From the NCBI RefSeq assembly GCF_964355755.1, contig NC_092673.1:21697648-21761647 (forward strand): a DNA stretch of 64,000 bases. Direction: 5' to 3'. The notes beneath the pieces were generated by a model. It did not search any database, was not told the DNA's origin, and was given only the letters and a program-made list of their open reading frames with translations. Of this stretch, positions 25,901-38,500 are shown one piece after another. This stretch comes from Antedon mediterranea (lineage: Eukaryota > Animalia > Echinodermata). The translations under genes and the position numbers were made by a program. The stretch's first letter is position 1; each line of letters begins with the position of its first letter.

Positions 25901-28900
25901 TTTGCTCTTCTTTTTGTTAGATTTTATACGGTTTTTATCAATAATAATATTGTACATTTTTACGAGACCATAAAAAAATTCCTCAATTTTTGAGTAAACG
26001 AGTGACTAAATAAAAAGTTACTATGTAATGTAAATATTCGTTTGACAAAATATGGGCATGTTGATATTTTCAGGTATTTTTTAAATGGCGATTGAAATAG
26101 GTAAACAAATCACATGTATAACGGTGGTTTGTGCGAAGCTGGGCCTAGCCTTGATGGTCCAACGCGTACTGCGTGTTAATCAATGCGTATAAGATACACA
26201 CGTAGTCGTTTAGGCCAATTTTTTTACATGTTTATTTATTAATATTAGGCCCCATTCTCATTTATTTTAATTAATGTACTGAATGTACCACACTTTACAA
26301 CTCTATATAAATTAGATTTTGTACTTGTATTAAATTCAAACGTTTTATGGGATTTAAAACATCAAGCTAGGCCTTGTAGTAGGCCTAGGACCACATGCTA
26401 GGTTTTTCAGCCTAATTTATCATGCAGTAGGCCTATACCTCTAGTCCATCTTTCAAATACATATTTAAATTAACATACTTTTTATATTTCTATATTTTTT
26501 ATAGGATCTGACTCCAGAAAACATTTGCATCACTTGAAAGCGGCTATTTATGGACAGCATGTTGACATTAAAAAAAATTTGACCAGCTCTTATTAATTAA
26601 ATGTCTTTTAAATTAAAGGTTTTCATTATAATGAAATGTACGGTGACAGAAATTTAAATGATTCTCATAATTGAGGTTTCTCATAGATTTAATATTGAAG
26701 GTAAATAAATAAAGCTGTTTGTTATTCTTGCCTTTAGAAATAAACATGTTGTTAGTACTATATTATTAGGCCTAGGCCATTATACAAATTAAAACTAAAC
26801 TAGATTTGAACTCGTCACTACGGACGAGTTAGGTTATCCGCAGCACGTCATACGTTAGAATATTGCGCGCAGAAAAACGATTATGCCATTGAAAAAATGT
26901 TAGTGCGCTCTCTATTTTGTGTCACGTCTGAGTATATACGGTATACACTATATTCTGTATACGTACTACATACAGTGCAGAATAGGTGAAAATAAGGGAC
27001 CCAAGTTATTGACGCTTTTGGACATGATGACGTCATCACAATTTAAAAAATGGTAGATTATGCGAAAGATAATTGATTGGCATAGACAATATAAAAAAAT
27101 GGGGGGAAATGGAATTCGGATAAGTGGAGATGCGCTCTATTAAATGTGATGAGCTATGACGAAAGAGACAAAAATCCTATATTTTATATTTGAGTGGCCA
27201 TACGATGACGTCACTATGTCTTGTTAGCCATATCGATGCCTGATTCGATATCTACAAATCATTAACTTCCAGAATGTGTAATTTAAAAGAAGTTCACCTC
27301 GTAGTTTACAATCTATGACTGTTTTAAAAAAGGCATAATTTTGACGAATTTTTCAACTTTTTCTTCAAAAACGCGCGCAAATTGTTGAATTCTACGTGCT
27401 CGTATGACGTGATTTTAAGTCGAAATTGATTGAAAATTGGTAAATTTACTAGAAAAGGCTGAAAAAACAAAAATCAAGCAAAAAAAAAATGTTTTTGCGC
27501 TACGTGCGCACGCGCGCGTAAAAAAAATGCGCACGCGTGGGAATTTTTGAAATGCTCAAAATGCCCTGAAACGCGTAGAAAGTTGATTAGAAATGGATAT
27601 TTCGCAATTTGAAATTTTAAACGCGCGTGCGCGCGTAACTTTATGTCAAACATGCCATTTTTAATCCATAGAAAGTTTGCCCTTGATATGACTTAAATGT
27701 TCACCAAGTGTCATTACAAAATGACTTTTGGTTTTTAGTCTATGTTAAATACGCAAAATTCATAAAATCGCGCGTAGCTTACGCTGCGCGACTCTAAAGA
27801 AAAAAAACGAGCTGTCCTGCACTTCTACAGATAGAGGTAAATCTTCTGACAAAGTTATACGATGTAATGTTGATCAGAATTTGAGATACACGTGACACAA
27901 AATTTTGGGAAAGAAAGAAGAATAACATAGAAAAACTAGATTTGAACTCGTCACTTTGACGAGTTCGGGTTATCCGCGCATACGCAACATGCACATACTT
28001 TAAACTATATGAACCTCGACAATTATTATGCCATCCTATGACATGAAATAAATATCTTTACAGTGCTGAATTGTACCGATGTTGTACAGTATTTACAGAA
28101 TACACTGTATATGTTATATACAGTGTAGCATAGACGGAATTACGAGACCCATCTTTTAAATCCAATTATTAACACGATGACATCATCAAATTGACATATA
28201 AAGATAACCACTTTAGAAGATAATTATCTAAATAATTACATTAAAACAAATTTGAAGAATTTTGGGAACGTAAAAGTGAGATGCGCTCTCGTTTAAACGC
28301 AATGAACTTTTACGCAAGAGGTGAAAATATGACTTTTTGAATTCAACTGGCCATATGATGACGTCACAACATCTGATTGAAAAAATATTCACATGAATTC
28401 GTATCTACAATCCAATAGCTTCAAGAAAACGTTTTAATAATGATTATCACTTATAACTCTGACGAGCTATAACCGATTGAAATTTACTGTAAAGATAAAA
28501 ATAAGTGACCCACGTTATTTACATTTTTAGACATGATGACGTCATAAAAATTAAAATATTTTAAACTCATGCGAAAGATAGTTGATTGACCTAGACAGTA
28601 TTAAAATATATGAGGAAATGGAATACGTATAAGTGATATGCGCTCTATTTAATGTAATGAGCAATAACGAAACAGTAAAAAATCCAATATTTTACATTTG
28701 TGTGGCCATACGATGACGTCATAACATCCGAGGGGTAAAGATTCTGCATGAATTCATATCTACAACATATCTGCTTACATATTAAATTTTAAAAAATGGG
28801 GGTAACGGTTGATCCTGAGGAGCTATAATAGATTCAAAGTAGGCATAATTTTGACAATATTTTGTCTTTCTTGAAACTAAAACGCACGAAAATTGTCTAA

Positions 28901-29508
28901 ATCAACGTGTTCGTATGACGTCATTTTAATTTGAAATGATGTCAATCTTTTTTAAAATGACTAGGAAAGGCTGGAAAATCATAATTCAAGAGAAAAAAAC
29001 ATGATTTTCATGCACCGTGCGCACCATACGCGTAAATTTGTTTGCGCGCGCGGGAATTTTTGACATGTTTAAAATGTCATGATCAGCGTAGAAAGTTGAT
29101 TAGAAATTAATTTTGCGCCTTTTGAAATTTTAAATGCGCGTGCGCGCGTAACTTCTTGTGAAACATGCCATTTTTAATCCATAGAAAGTTCGCCCTTGAT
29201 ATGACTTAAATTTTCACCAAGTATCAATAAAAAATGACTTTTGGTTTATAATCTATGATCAATCATTTAAATTCATAAAATCGCGCGTAACTCACGCTGC
29301 GCGACTCTAACGTCATATAACAAAGTTTCTTGCACATCTACAGCTACAGGTCAATCTTTTGACAAAGTTATACAAAGTTACGTTTACAAGCAATAGGGGA
29401 TATGCGACGCACAAAAATCCGGGAAAGAAAGAAGAATAACAAAGAAGATGAAAAAAAAGATATTTACAATCACATGGGTTATCCGCAACTTACTAGTTGC
29501 GGATAACC

Positions 29509-29539
<31 letters not shown>

Positions 29540-32500
29540 TCCTGACAATAACAAGGGGTTATCCGCCAAGTGCGGATAACCAAAAAATACAGTAATCATA
29601 CTTAAGGCCTACACAGCAGTATCTTACTTGATTTGATTTTTTTCAAATATTTAATTGATGAAATAAATGAGTTTGACTTTTTAATTAGTTGCCATTTTAT
29701 TAGTTTCTGTGTGTTTTTATTTATATTCTTAAAATAATTGTATACAACAACTTTAAAGTATTGCGCAGAAGTGATCAAATTATAGTAGGCCTATTTGTAT
29801 GTTATTGTCACTTAAAATTATGCAGTTAAAGCATTTGATTTTAGGGTGACAGAAACGGTTAGGCAAGAAAAGAAATAAATTTGGGAATTTTGTTATGCGG
29901 TAAAAACAATTAAACATAATTTACCCCTAATGCATGTAAATGTAGAAAACATTGCTTATGTTAGCGCGACCGAAACTCGCTACTGGGAATAGAGCCTGCA
30001 AAAGCGACGCGTACACACCTACTCGGGCACCGGCGGAGCGCGATCGATAGTAAATATACCCGATTTCAAATGATCATAAAATTCTTTTAAAAAATATCAA
30101 CATTTTGATTTTTTGAGGATTAAAAGTAAAGATATTGAAATTTAACATAATATTTACAAATATGTATTTAAAAATTCGGAAACAATTTTAGCGTGATATT
30201 AAAACAAAGTTTTTAGAGTTCCGCGATTTCCTACGCAGGATTTGTTTGTTTTCATTGTTAATGGGCGAATGTTACCTAAACTAGAATCGTTATAAATCTT
30301 TTAAATTTGTATTATAAGTAATTTCTTTAGTATTCTTAGTAACATCGAATGTCTCTAATTAACTAGCAGATATTTATACTAACTATTGTTCAATAATAAG
30401 CGTGTATGAAGTGAAAATCTATAGTAATAATGTTCTTAGTCAGTTTGTCTCGCTCGCGTGAAGTCTTCGGTTTTCTCAATACAATTCTCAGCGGTAAAGA
30501 TAGGCTCGCGCTAATGTTTAAATCAAAAGCGCTCTCAAAACACTTTTTGTCCAAAATTCGCAATATGACGTGAGTGTGTCTTATATAAATGGTATGCAAT
30601 AACTGATGCTTTAAATGGTTTCATTATAGGAATTACAACAAATCCTTTACTGTTTATAATTGTACTTTTGCTTTATAATGCTAGAAAATATTGTTGACCC
30701 CCCCCGAGGACGATCAAGTATTGATAGAAACGTCGAACTCAACAGTTCTTTTCAGAATGCTAGAAGTAACTTACCGTATTTATCCGAATAAACGCCCCGG
30801 ACATTTATTGTTCAGAGGGGTGTTTAGGGGGAGGGATGTTTATTCGGTGGAGGCGTTTTTTTTTGTTTTTGATGTAATATGGTAAAAATATATGTATATC
30901 AAATAAATACACCCTAGATATAAAACAAGGCCATATAGATGGCTGCAGTCGCGTGCTCAAGTGAGTGTTTACCGACCGACCAACCGACCGACATAGTGAG
31001 CTGTAGAGTCGCGACGCGACTAAAAGTACAACACAATTAATATTTTAATAAGAATAACTGGATTAAACCTCCTTCATCCGGGTGCAAGTACAATCATGAT
31101 ATTGAAAAGGTATCTGAGACAACTATAATAGACCAATTCATTGTCATCATTCTGTATATAACACTGTTGTATAATATTTTTGAATGTCACCGGCAAATTA
31201 TACATAATTTATACACGTCTGTTCCCAGTGTACATAATAAAACAATATTTCTGGAGATTTATTATCAATACCACTAGAAATTTAGGTTTTTTTATTTTTA
31301 AAGTACTAAATGCATTGACAATAAAAGCATCAGAAGTGTATCATGATAAAATCATACTACAACACACTACAGTACACAAGGGTGTTTTCAGGAAAGCTGG
31401 ACATATTGAAACTATGTATTGGCATATATATACTGTATGCAAAAGACAGTGTTGATTGTTGACAAATTGTAGTTACAAACAAACAGATGACAAATTGTGT
31501 AATCGTGTCTCATATAGTGTCTCAGGATAATGATGTGTCATTGTTTTATATCATTATACTGGCACCTGGAGAGGATTCGTTAAATGGAGCCTGTGACAGT
31601 GTCACTTTTATTCTAAAAGACAGAAACATTTTAAATAAACGCTCACCCCTCCCTTCGATTTAAACGCCCCGCCACATGCATATACACAACAAGCGCCAAC
31701 TTGGTAATAATATAGACAATACTCACACAGATAATACAACTGAATAACCGATACTTGAGGTATAACAATAATGTAACTTTATTAACAAAGCAAACAGTAA
31801 ACATTCGTATGTAAAAACAACCACACGAGGAGGCTCATATGGAGCGCCGTACGTGACATAACAGCCAAACTGGCGTGACTACCTTTTTTTTTTTTTTTTC
31901 CTTTTCTCAAAAAAAAACAAAGTCAACAACAAAAACGGCAAATCGGGACAAACTGTGAATCATATACAAAAAATTGAAAAACGAGCTGTCATCGGGTAGA
32001 CTGCCCTCCAGCTTGGGGATTATTCTGCCCCACAATACTTATCAGGAATCACTTGTCAAGTACAAAATCGTTAAGATGAGTGGGTAAGCGATGACTGCGA
32101 GTAGATCGTCTGGGTTCTATCACTGGTGGTGGAATAACGACTTTATGAAGGTCGGTGAGAGGGCGGACATCATCAGAAGCAGCAGGAGTTAAGAACTCTG
32201 AGTCGGTACCAGCAGGCAATGGATCAACCTGGTAAGCGTGATCGGCTGGGGTTGACAGCTCAATAGGTATTTCTGTACGCGGTGGCTCAGGAATTTGATA
32301 ATCATCATCGCTGTTCGAGTCCTCTTGGTAATAATGTTGCGATCGAGGAGATGGTGACGAGGGAACCTTGTAGCATTCCGTACGCTTGACTTTGTACGCC
32401 GTACTACGTAACTGAGAACCGATAAATTTGCGGATATTGCACCAAGTGTTATCAACCGACGTTACGAGATAGCGATGACGGGCCTTTGACTTGTTGCGAT

Positions 32501-35500
32501 CGGCTAAGACGTACACAAGATCACCAACATCAATATCGGAGCTTGCTGGAAAACGGCCCGTTGGAGCCTTTGATCTTTCACTATGTGCATGATTGGCTAA
32601 ACGACGTTTGTGCTGTGAGATAATTAATTGACTGTCAGACAGAGGAATTTGGTCGTTAGTAAACTGGTCGCGTTGTGTCCACATCTCCCTAGAAGAGAGA
32701 CCACATGAGCGTAGTCGAGAGTTTAAGCAAGCCATAGTAATTTTGAGCATAGTTGGGGTGACTAATCCACCAGTGGGTTCTTGTGTAAGAAGTTCGTCTT
32801 CTACTTCACGTACGGCCTTTTCGGCGATTGGATTCTTATTTGGGTTTTTGGTTCTTCCTAGCTCAATCATTATTCTGTGGTGCGCTAACAACTTATCGCT
32901 GACCAACGAAGCAAATCCAGGAGCAGGGTCGGTGCGAATTACAGCGTGTGGGCCGTCAAGAGGCCTGAGCTCAATACAAAGGCGGATTAAACCGTCTCGT
33001 AGACTGTCGTGACGTTCGCTGTCGATAATGCACGCGACTGTAAATGATGTTACACACTCTCGCATCACTAGAATAAGTTGTCGTTCACGCTTAATTACAT
33101 CAGCAGCGAAGGTGGTACCAACTGCATCGGGTGGGTCTCCGGTGGACTGCGGGATAACGGTATGTGGAATAGAGCATCTTGCTGAGATACGCTCCACAGA
33201 GGCATCCATGTCGAGAGCGAAGAAATATCTACGAACGATCGTTTTAAGCTGATGGCACGAAGGGTGGTCAAAACGCAGATGAAGTGCTGTGAGAAGGCCC
33301 TCGAGGACATCACGAGGAACAACAATACATTCGCGTACGGGTGCGAGTGGCTCATCCCTACGAACGACCAAAAGACCATCCTTGGCTATGGTAGAAAATC
33401 GTAGAAGGCGCTTGACATCTTTAATGTTTGTGATTTTTTTGTGGGGGCGAGTACCCTGAGAAAGGTGAGCGTGAGTGCGTCGTAGGACCGGACATTCAGA
33501 CTGGATGGCCAGCCAGGCAGGACGACTAGTGAAAGGTAGCTTTGTGGAGCCAGATATAACGTCTTTAATGTTCACTTGGAAAACAACAGAGTCTTCGGTT
33601 TGTTGGACAAAAGAGCAGATTTGGCAAGAAGGAGCGTCACAAGGTTGTGCGTTCCTGCTCCCGAAGTCGGACGGCATATTTGCGGAACCTGCGAGGTGGT
33701 GAACAGATGCGTGATAGCGGCTAACAGTGGATAAGAAGGTTGAAACCCGAGGACTCACAGAGAATTCACCTCTGCACAACTTTTCGTAGGCTTGGACACA
33801 TGGCTTACTGTCTGTCAAAATGTGTGCCTGATGTGCGGATTGTATGATAAATGGACTAAAGTGTTTTGTGGATGCGGCAATTGAAAGAGCTTCGACTTCA
33901 CATGGTAACCAGGTCATTTGTCGTCCGCGTAGTTTAGCGCTATAAAAACCAGCGAGTAATGGTTTGCTGTCACGGGAGACATACAAGGTGGAAGCTATGC
34001 CATATTTCTTGACGGCGCCATCAGTTACAATCCACAATTGGTCACTTGCTCGTGGGATGGCAATCGTGTGTGGTGAGTTGAGGATAGATTGCGCACTTGC
34101 GAAACTAGCGAGCAATTCGTCAGACCAGTCTATCTTCTCTTGGGATTGTCGTCCAGCGACAGCAGCTTCAAGAGGTGACAAAATAGGTGCACATCGCGGG
34201 AGAACGCGAGATAGCATCTTAAATGCGCCAATGAACGATCGTAATCCGGTCACGGTGACTGGTCTCGGGCAGCTAGATAATGTTGAGATGCGATGAGAGC
34301 TAGCTCGGAGTGTCCCTTGGCTCCATATCCACCCAAGAATGTTAGTAGTCTTAGGACAGATAACGGTTTTGGTAGCGGATAAATGTAGTCCTGAGTTGGA
34401 TAGTGCATGAAGGATTCTTCTCCATACGTTCAAGACCTCTTCAACTGTATTACCGCCGCAGTAAAGATCATCAGCGAGTTTTGTAGCTGAACCTTCTTCT
34501 AAAAAATCACCCACTACTCTGCTTAGAAGTTCTTCCAATGCGGTTTCTGACCCCGGCATGCCCATTGCGCAACGGGTATATACCCTGACACCGTGAAATG
34601 GAGTGACGATTCCGCAATATTTCATAGACGGTTTTGAAAGTGGAATTTGGTAGAAAGCGTTGGTAAGATCCGTTGTTATAATGTATTTCCACTGTCCGAT
34701 TTTAAGAAGAGTGGAGTCGACGTCAGGCATGAGTGACGGTTGTGGTTTGCTGTACCTGCCGACATCGGCAAAGGATGTCACTAATCTGGAACCGCCGTTG
34801 GGTTTCTTCACGAGGAATGACGGATTGAGATATTCTACAGCAACTCCAACATCTTCTGGACGGGCAAAAACTCCAAGTGTTTCGAGTTCGTCGAACTTGT
34901 GTTGTAGTTCGAGGAGCTTGTCTCTTGCATACTGAGGAAGGCGACCTTTGCGTTGTGGGGGTTGGACTGGTCCCATATTTACGGTGGCAACAAACGGGCC
35001 TACAGCACCATTATAACCTTTAAAGGAAGGGTTGAAAATGTCATCATACTCCTTGTGGAGGCTAGTAAATTGTTCGAGTATGTTGCGAGGTAGAATGCTA
35101 TCCGGATCCAGCTTAATGCTATCAGAGAAGCAAGTGTGAACTGTTGTAGTGCTAAGCTTTGGTGGTTTAATCGGGGATGATGAAGTGTCAGGTAGGTTAG
35201 GTGTAAACACAGGGCTAGCTTGGCAAAACTGTTCATTGCGTGAAAGCACTTTGGGTTCGTTTGACAGGTTAGGAATGCGAATTCGTCCGGCAACGCACGA
35301 TATGATACGTGGTTCAGGCCAAACATGAGATGGCAAAGATGTTTTCGAGATTGGTGCATCAACGCGAGGTTCAATAGCAACAGTGTCTATGTCGGTGAGG
35401 TCATTTGGGAGTGAAAGTTCAATGTAACTACCTGGCCATATCACAGTGCGTGTTGAGGGAGCACGGAGAACATGAGCGCGTCTGATCGAGTGGCATTCGG

Positions 35501-38500
35501 ACAAAGTGGTAGGCAAGGAGCCATAGATGTATGTTGTGCCATCGGCCATAACTACTTGACGCTTAGCGGGGCGGATAGAAATATCATTCTGTTCCATAAA
35601 CGGTGTACCAGCGAGTAGCTCAACGTCGAGGTCCTTAACGACGAGGCCATTGAAAGTCAAGTCTTTATTGTCACGTGTAAAGGTGACGTTTGTCTCGCCC
35701 ATAACCTGTAACTGCGAAGATCCATCGGCTTGGTGTGCTGATTGACTACTGGGCTTAATCTGAACGCCAAGTAAACGTGCAGTTGATTCACGGATCATGT
35801 TGCCAGTAGCACCGCTGTCTATAGTAATATGTACGGTATTATAGCCGTGAAAGGCTTCGAGATATGGCGACTGACGTACCTGTATTCGAAGAGCTGAGGA
35901 TGAACCAGATGGTGGGTCGTTGGGATCCTCGACACGGGTGGAATCCTGTTCATAGCAGTAACTGTCGTCATCGTCGAAGATGTTTGCGGCCCGGGCACGT
36001 GCCATGTAGCGGCGGTCGCGTTCCGGAAGGAACTTGCACTCACTGAGAAAGTGGCGGTCTGGTCGTCCACCTTGTTTACAAAATGGGCAGCATTTATTTG
36101 GTTTGTTATTGTATGTCTGAGTATTGAATGTCTTAGGTGGGTAGCGGGAACGCGGTGGTTGAGAAGGAAGAGAAGCTGGTCTTTGAAACGGTAAAATCGC
36201 TGAACGCATGACTCTTGTGTCATCGGAAGTTTTGATTTCTTCTAATAGGGAAGTCATAGCTTGTGAAATTTCAGGCTTGATGGACGCCAGTGTACGTGAG
36301 CGAAGCTCTGTGCCATACCTCTGTTTGACGAGTTGGGGAAGTGAAGGGTGAACTAAGCGTAGCCATGTCAGTGTGAGTAGGTTTTCAAGTGAAGGGGCGA
36401 GTTCTTCGTCTTCCGTAATAGGTTGATTGTGGTGAGTTATAACACTGTCTGCTTGAAGAAGATTGTCATCAATGAAAGCTAGCAAACGTTGGTATAGATC
36501 CTCTGGGCGTTCATCTGGGCCCAGACTAATGTTAGCAAACTCTAAGAAATGAGCCCCACTAGATTGGAACCCGTAATGTAATCGTATGCATTGCCAGATG
36601 CAAGGTAGTGATGTGGATGATTTTACGATAGTGTTTCTTGAGATTACAGGGCAATAGTTAGCAATTTGACCTAACATTAGTTCCAACATGGTTACTTTCT
36701 GTTGTGCAGATAAAGCATTAGCTACGTTGTCTTCAAAACCATTGTCATCAGTGAACCCTCGGAGTGGGGAAGCTCTGGTTTTCTTGCCCCACGAGAAACC
36801 TTCCACCAGGAAATTGGCGAATTTAGTGTCTAATGTTAACGTGTACATGAGGTTTTGACGCCAATTCTCAAATGTGTTTATTGTTTCGTTTTTACCTAAG
36901 CACCATTGCTTGGGGGCACGATTGGATGCAGCCATTGTTGTGGTGTTTATACAAAGTGTACTGAGTGAAACGTTATTCCTCTATTGACGAACGGAGAATT
37001 ACAGCGACTGCAGTATGCGCCGGTCAGTTGCTCGCCTGTGGATGTGCGATAACGGCAGTATAAGTACTATAGTTATAGGGCTAGGCCTAGGTCTGCCTCC
37101 TGTGTAGACGGTAAGTCGATATTCTTGTGGGCAGTAAAATGTGTTGCGTAGGATTTTCGTCTCCCGACGCTGCCACCACGCCAACTTGGTAATAATATAG
37201 ACAATACTCACACAGATAATACAACTGAATAACCGATACTTGAGGTATAACAATAATGTAACTTTATTAACAAAGCAAACAGTAAACATTCGTATGTAAA
37301 AACAACCACACGAGGAGGCTCATATGGAGCGCCGTACGTGACATAACAGCCAAACTGGCGAAGGCCATATACATGGCTGCAGACGCGTGCTCAAATTTTA
37401 GTTAGTGTTTACCGACCAACCGACCGACATAGTGAGCTGCACGCAACTAATAATTGTATCACAACACATTTCAATGACTACCATAATCTACAATTTACCA
37501 AGCATTTTTGTATCACTTTTTGATAATAATTGTGCTGTATTTTTTTTTTCTGCTGTAGGTAGTATTTATTTGATTATACTGTACATACCATATTACACCA
37601 ATAAAAAACGAAAAAACCCTTCTGAACAATAAATGCCCGGGGCGTTTATTAGGATGAATTCGGTAAGTTACTTTAGCATTCTGAAAAGAATTCTGTTGGG
37701 CTCGACGTTTCTATAAAAATGTTTGATCATCCTCGGGGTTCAAAAATACTTTCTAGCATTATTATAAGCAAAAATACAATTACAAACAGTAAAGGATTTG
37801 TTTTAAATCGTATAATGAAACAATTTAAAGCATAAGTTATTGCAAAACATTACTGTCCAAGGATAAGTTGTGTAGAGATATGTTATTTGTTTGAAACAAT
37901 AACATTAGTAATTAATAGTATTTCTGGTCATCTTTTACCCAAATTTTCTATTAGAATGAATGTAAATATGTATATTTCGAACAATTTTATACCAAATTTA
38001 AGTTTCTACAACCAGTACTTACAGAGATATGAAGATGCCCTGTAAGAATAAGTTGTGTAGAGGTAGGGCCTATGTTTTTTGTTTGAAACATTAGTAATTA
38101 ATAGTATTTCTGATCATCTTTTCACCAAATTTTCTGTTAGAATGAATGTAAAAATGTATATTTCCAACAATTTGATACCAAATTTAAGTTTCTACGACCA
38201 GTACTTACAGAGATATGAAGATGCCCTGGTATGTGGGTCAAAGGTCAGAAAGGGCATTTCTGATCATTTTTGACTAAAATGCCCCATTAGACTGAATATG
38301 AATGCATGCCTTCTGAACATTTTGAGACCAACATTGACTTGCTGCGACCAGTGGTTGCCAAGATACAAGTAGCTATTTATATTTCTTCATATAACCCTTG
38401 ACCCTGACTCTTTGACCTTTTGTAACATTTTTCAAAATGTGTAGCAAATAACAAAATCTATATTTCGAACAGTTTAAGACCAAATTCAAGTGTCTATGAC

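Larger units (their letters stand above)
31694..37360 (-). mobile_element. Full-length Gypsy-superfamily LTR retrotransposon, Troyka-type (CG..CG LTR ends, 3-bp TSD AAG)
   Basis: Two identical 182-bp LTRs (31694-31875, 37179-37360), AAG on both flanks, PBS TGGTGGCAGCG directly after the 5' LTR, A-rich PPT at about 31882-31907, and a single gag-pol ORF. Confidence 0.93.
30774..37663. mobile_element. pogo/Tigger-like MITE (about 1.2 kb without the LTR insert)
   Basis: TA|CCGTATTTATCCGAATAAACGCCCCGG ... CCGGGGCGTTTATTAGGATGAATTCGG|TA. Confidence 0.7.
30588..37851. repeat. Inverted repeat arms (about 30588-30771 and 37666-37851) forming a palindrome split by later insertions
   Basis: TGCAATAACTGATGCTTTAAAT..CTTTTCAGAATGCTAGAAGTAACT is the reverse complement of AGTTACTTTAGCATTCTGAAAAG..ATTTAAAGCATAAGTTATTGCA, with moderate divergence. 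Confidence 0.85.

Noticed and set aside
32189-36223. Many 60-134-aa ORFs overlapping gag-pol
   Set aside because: Shadow frames of a GC-richer coding region; no motifs and no env-like ORF.
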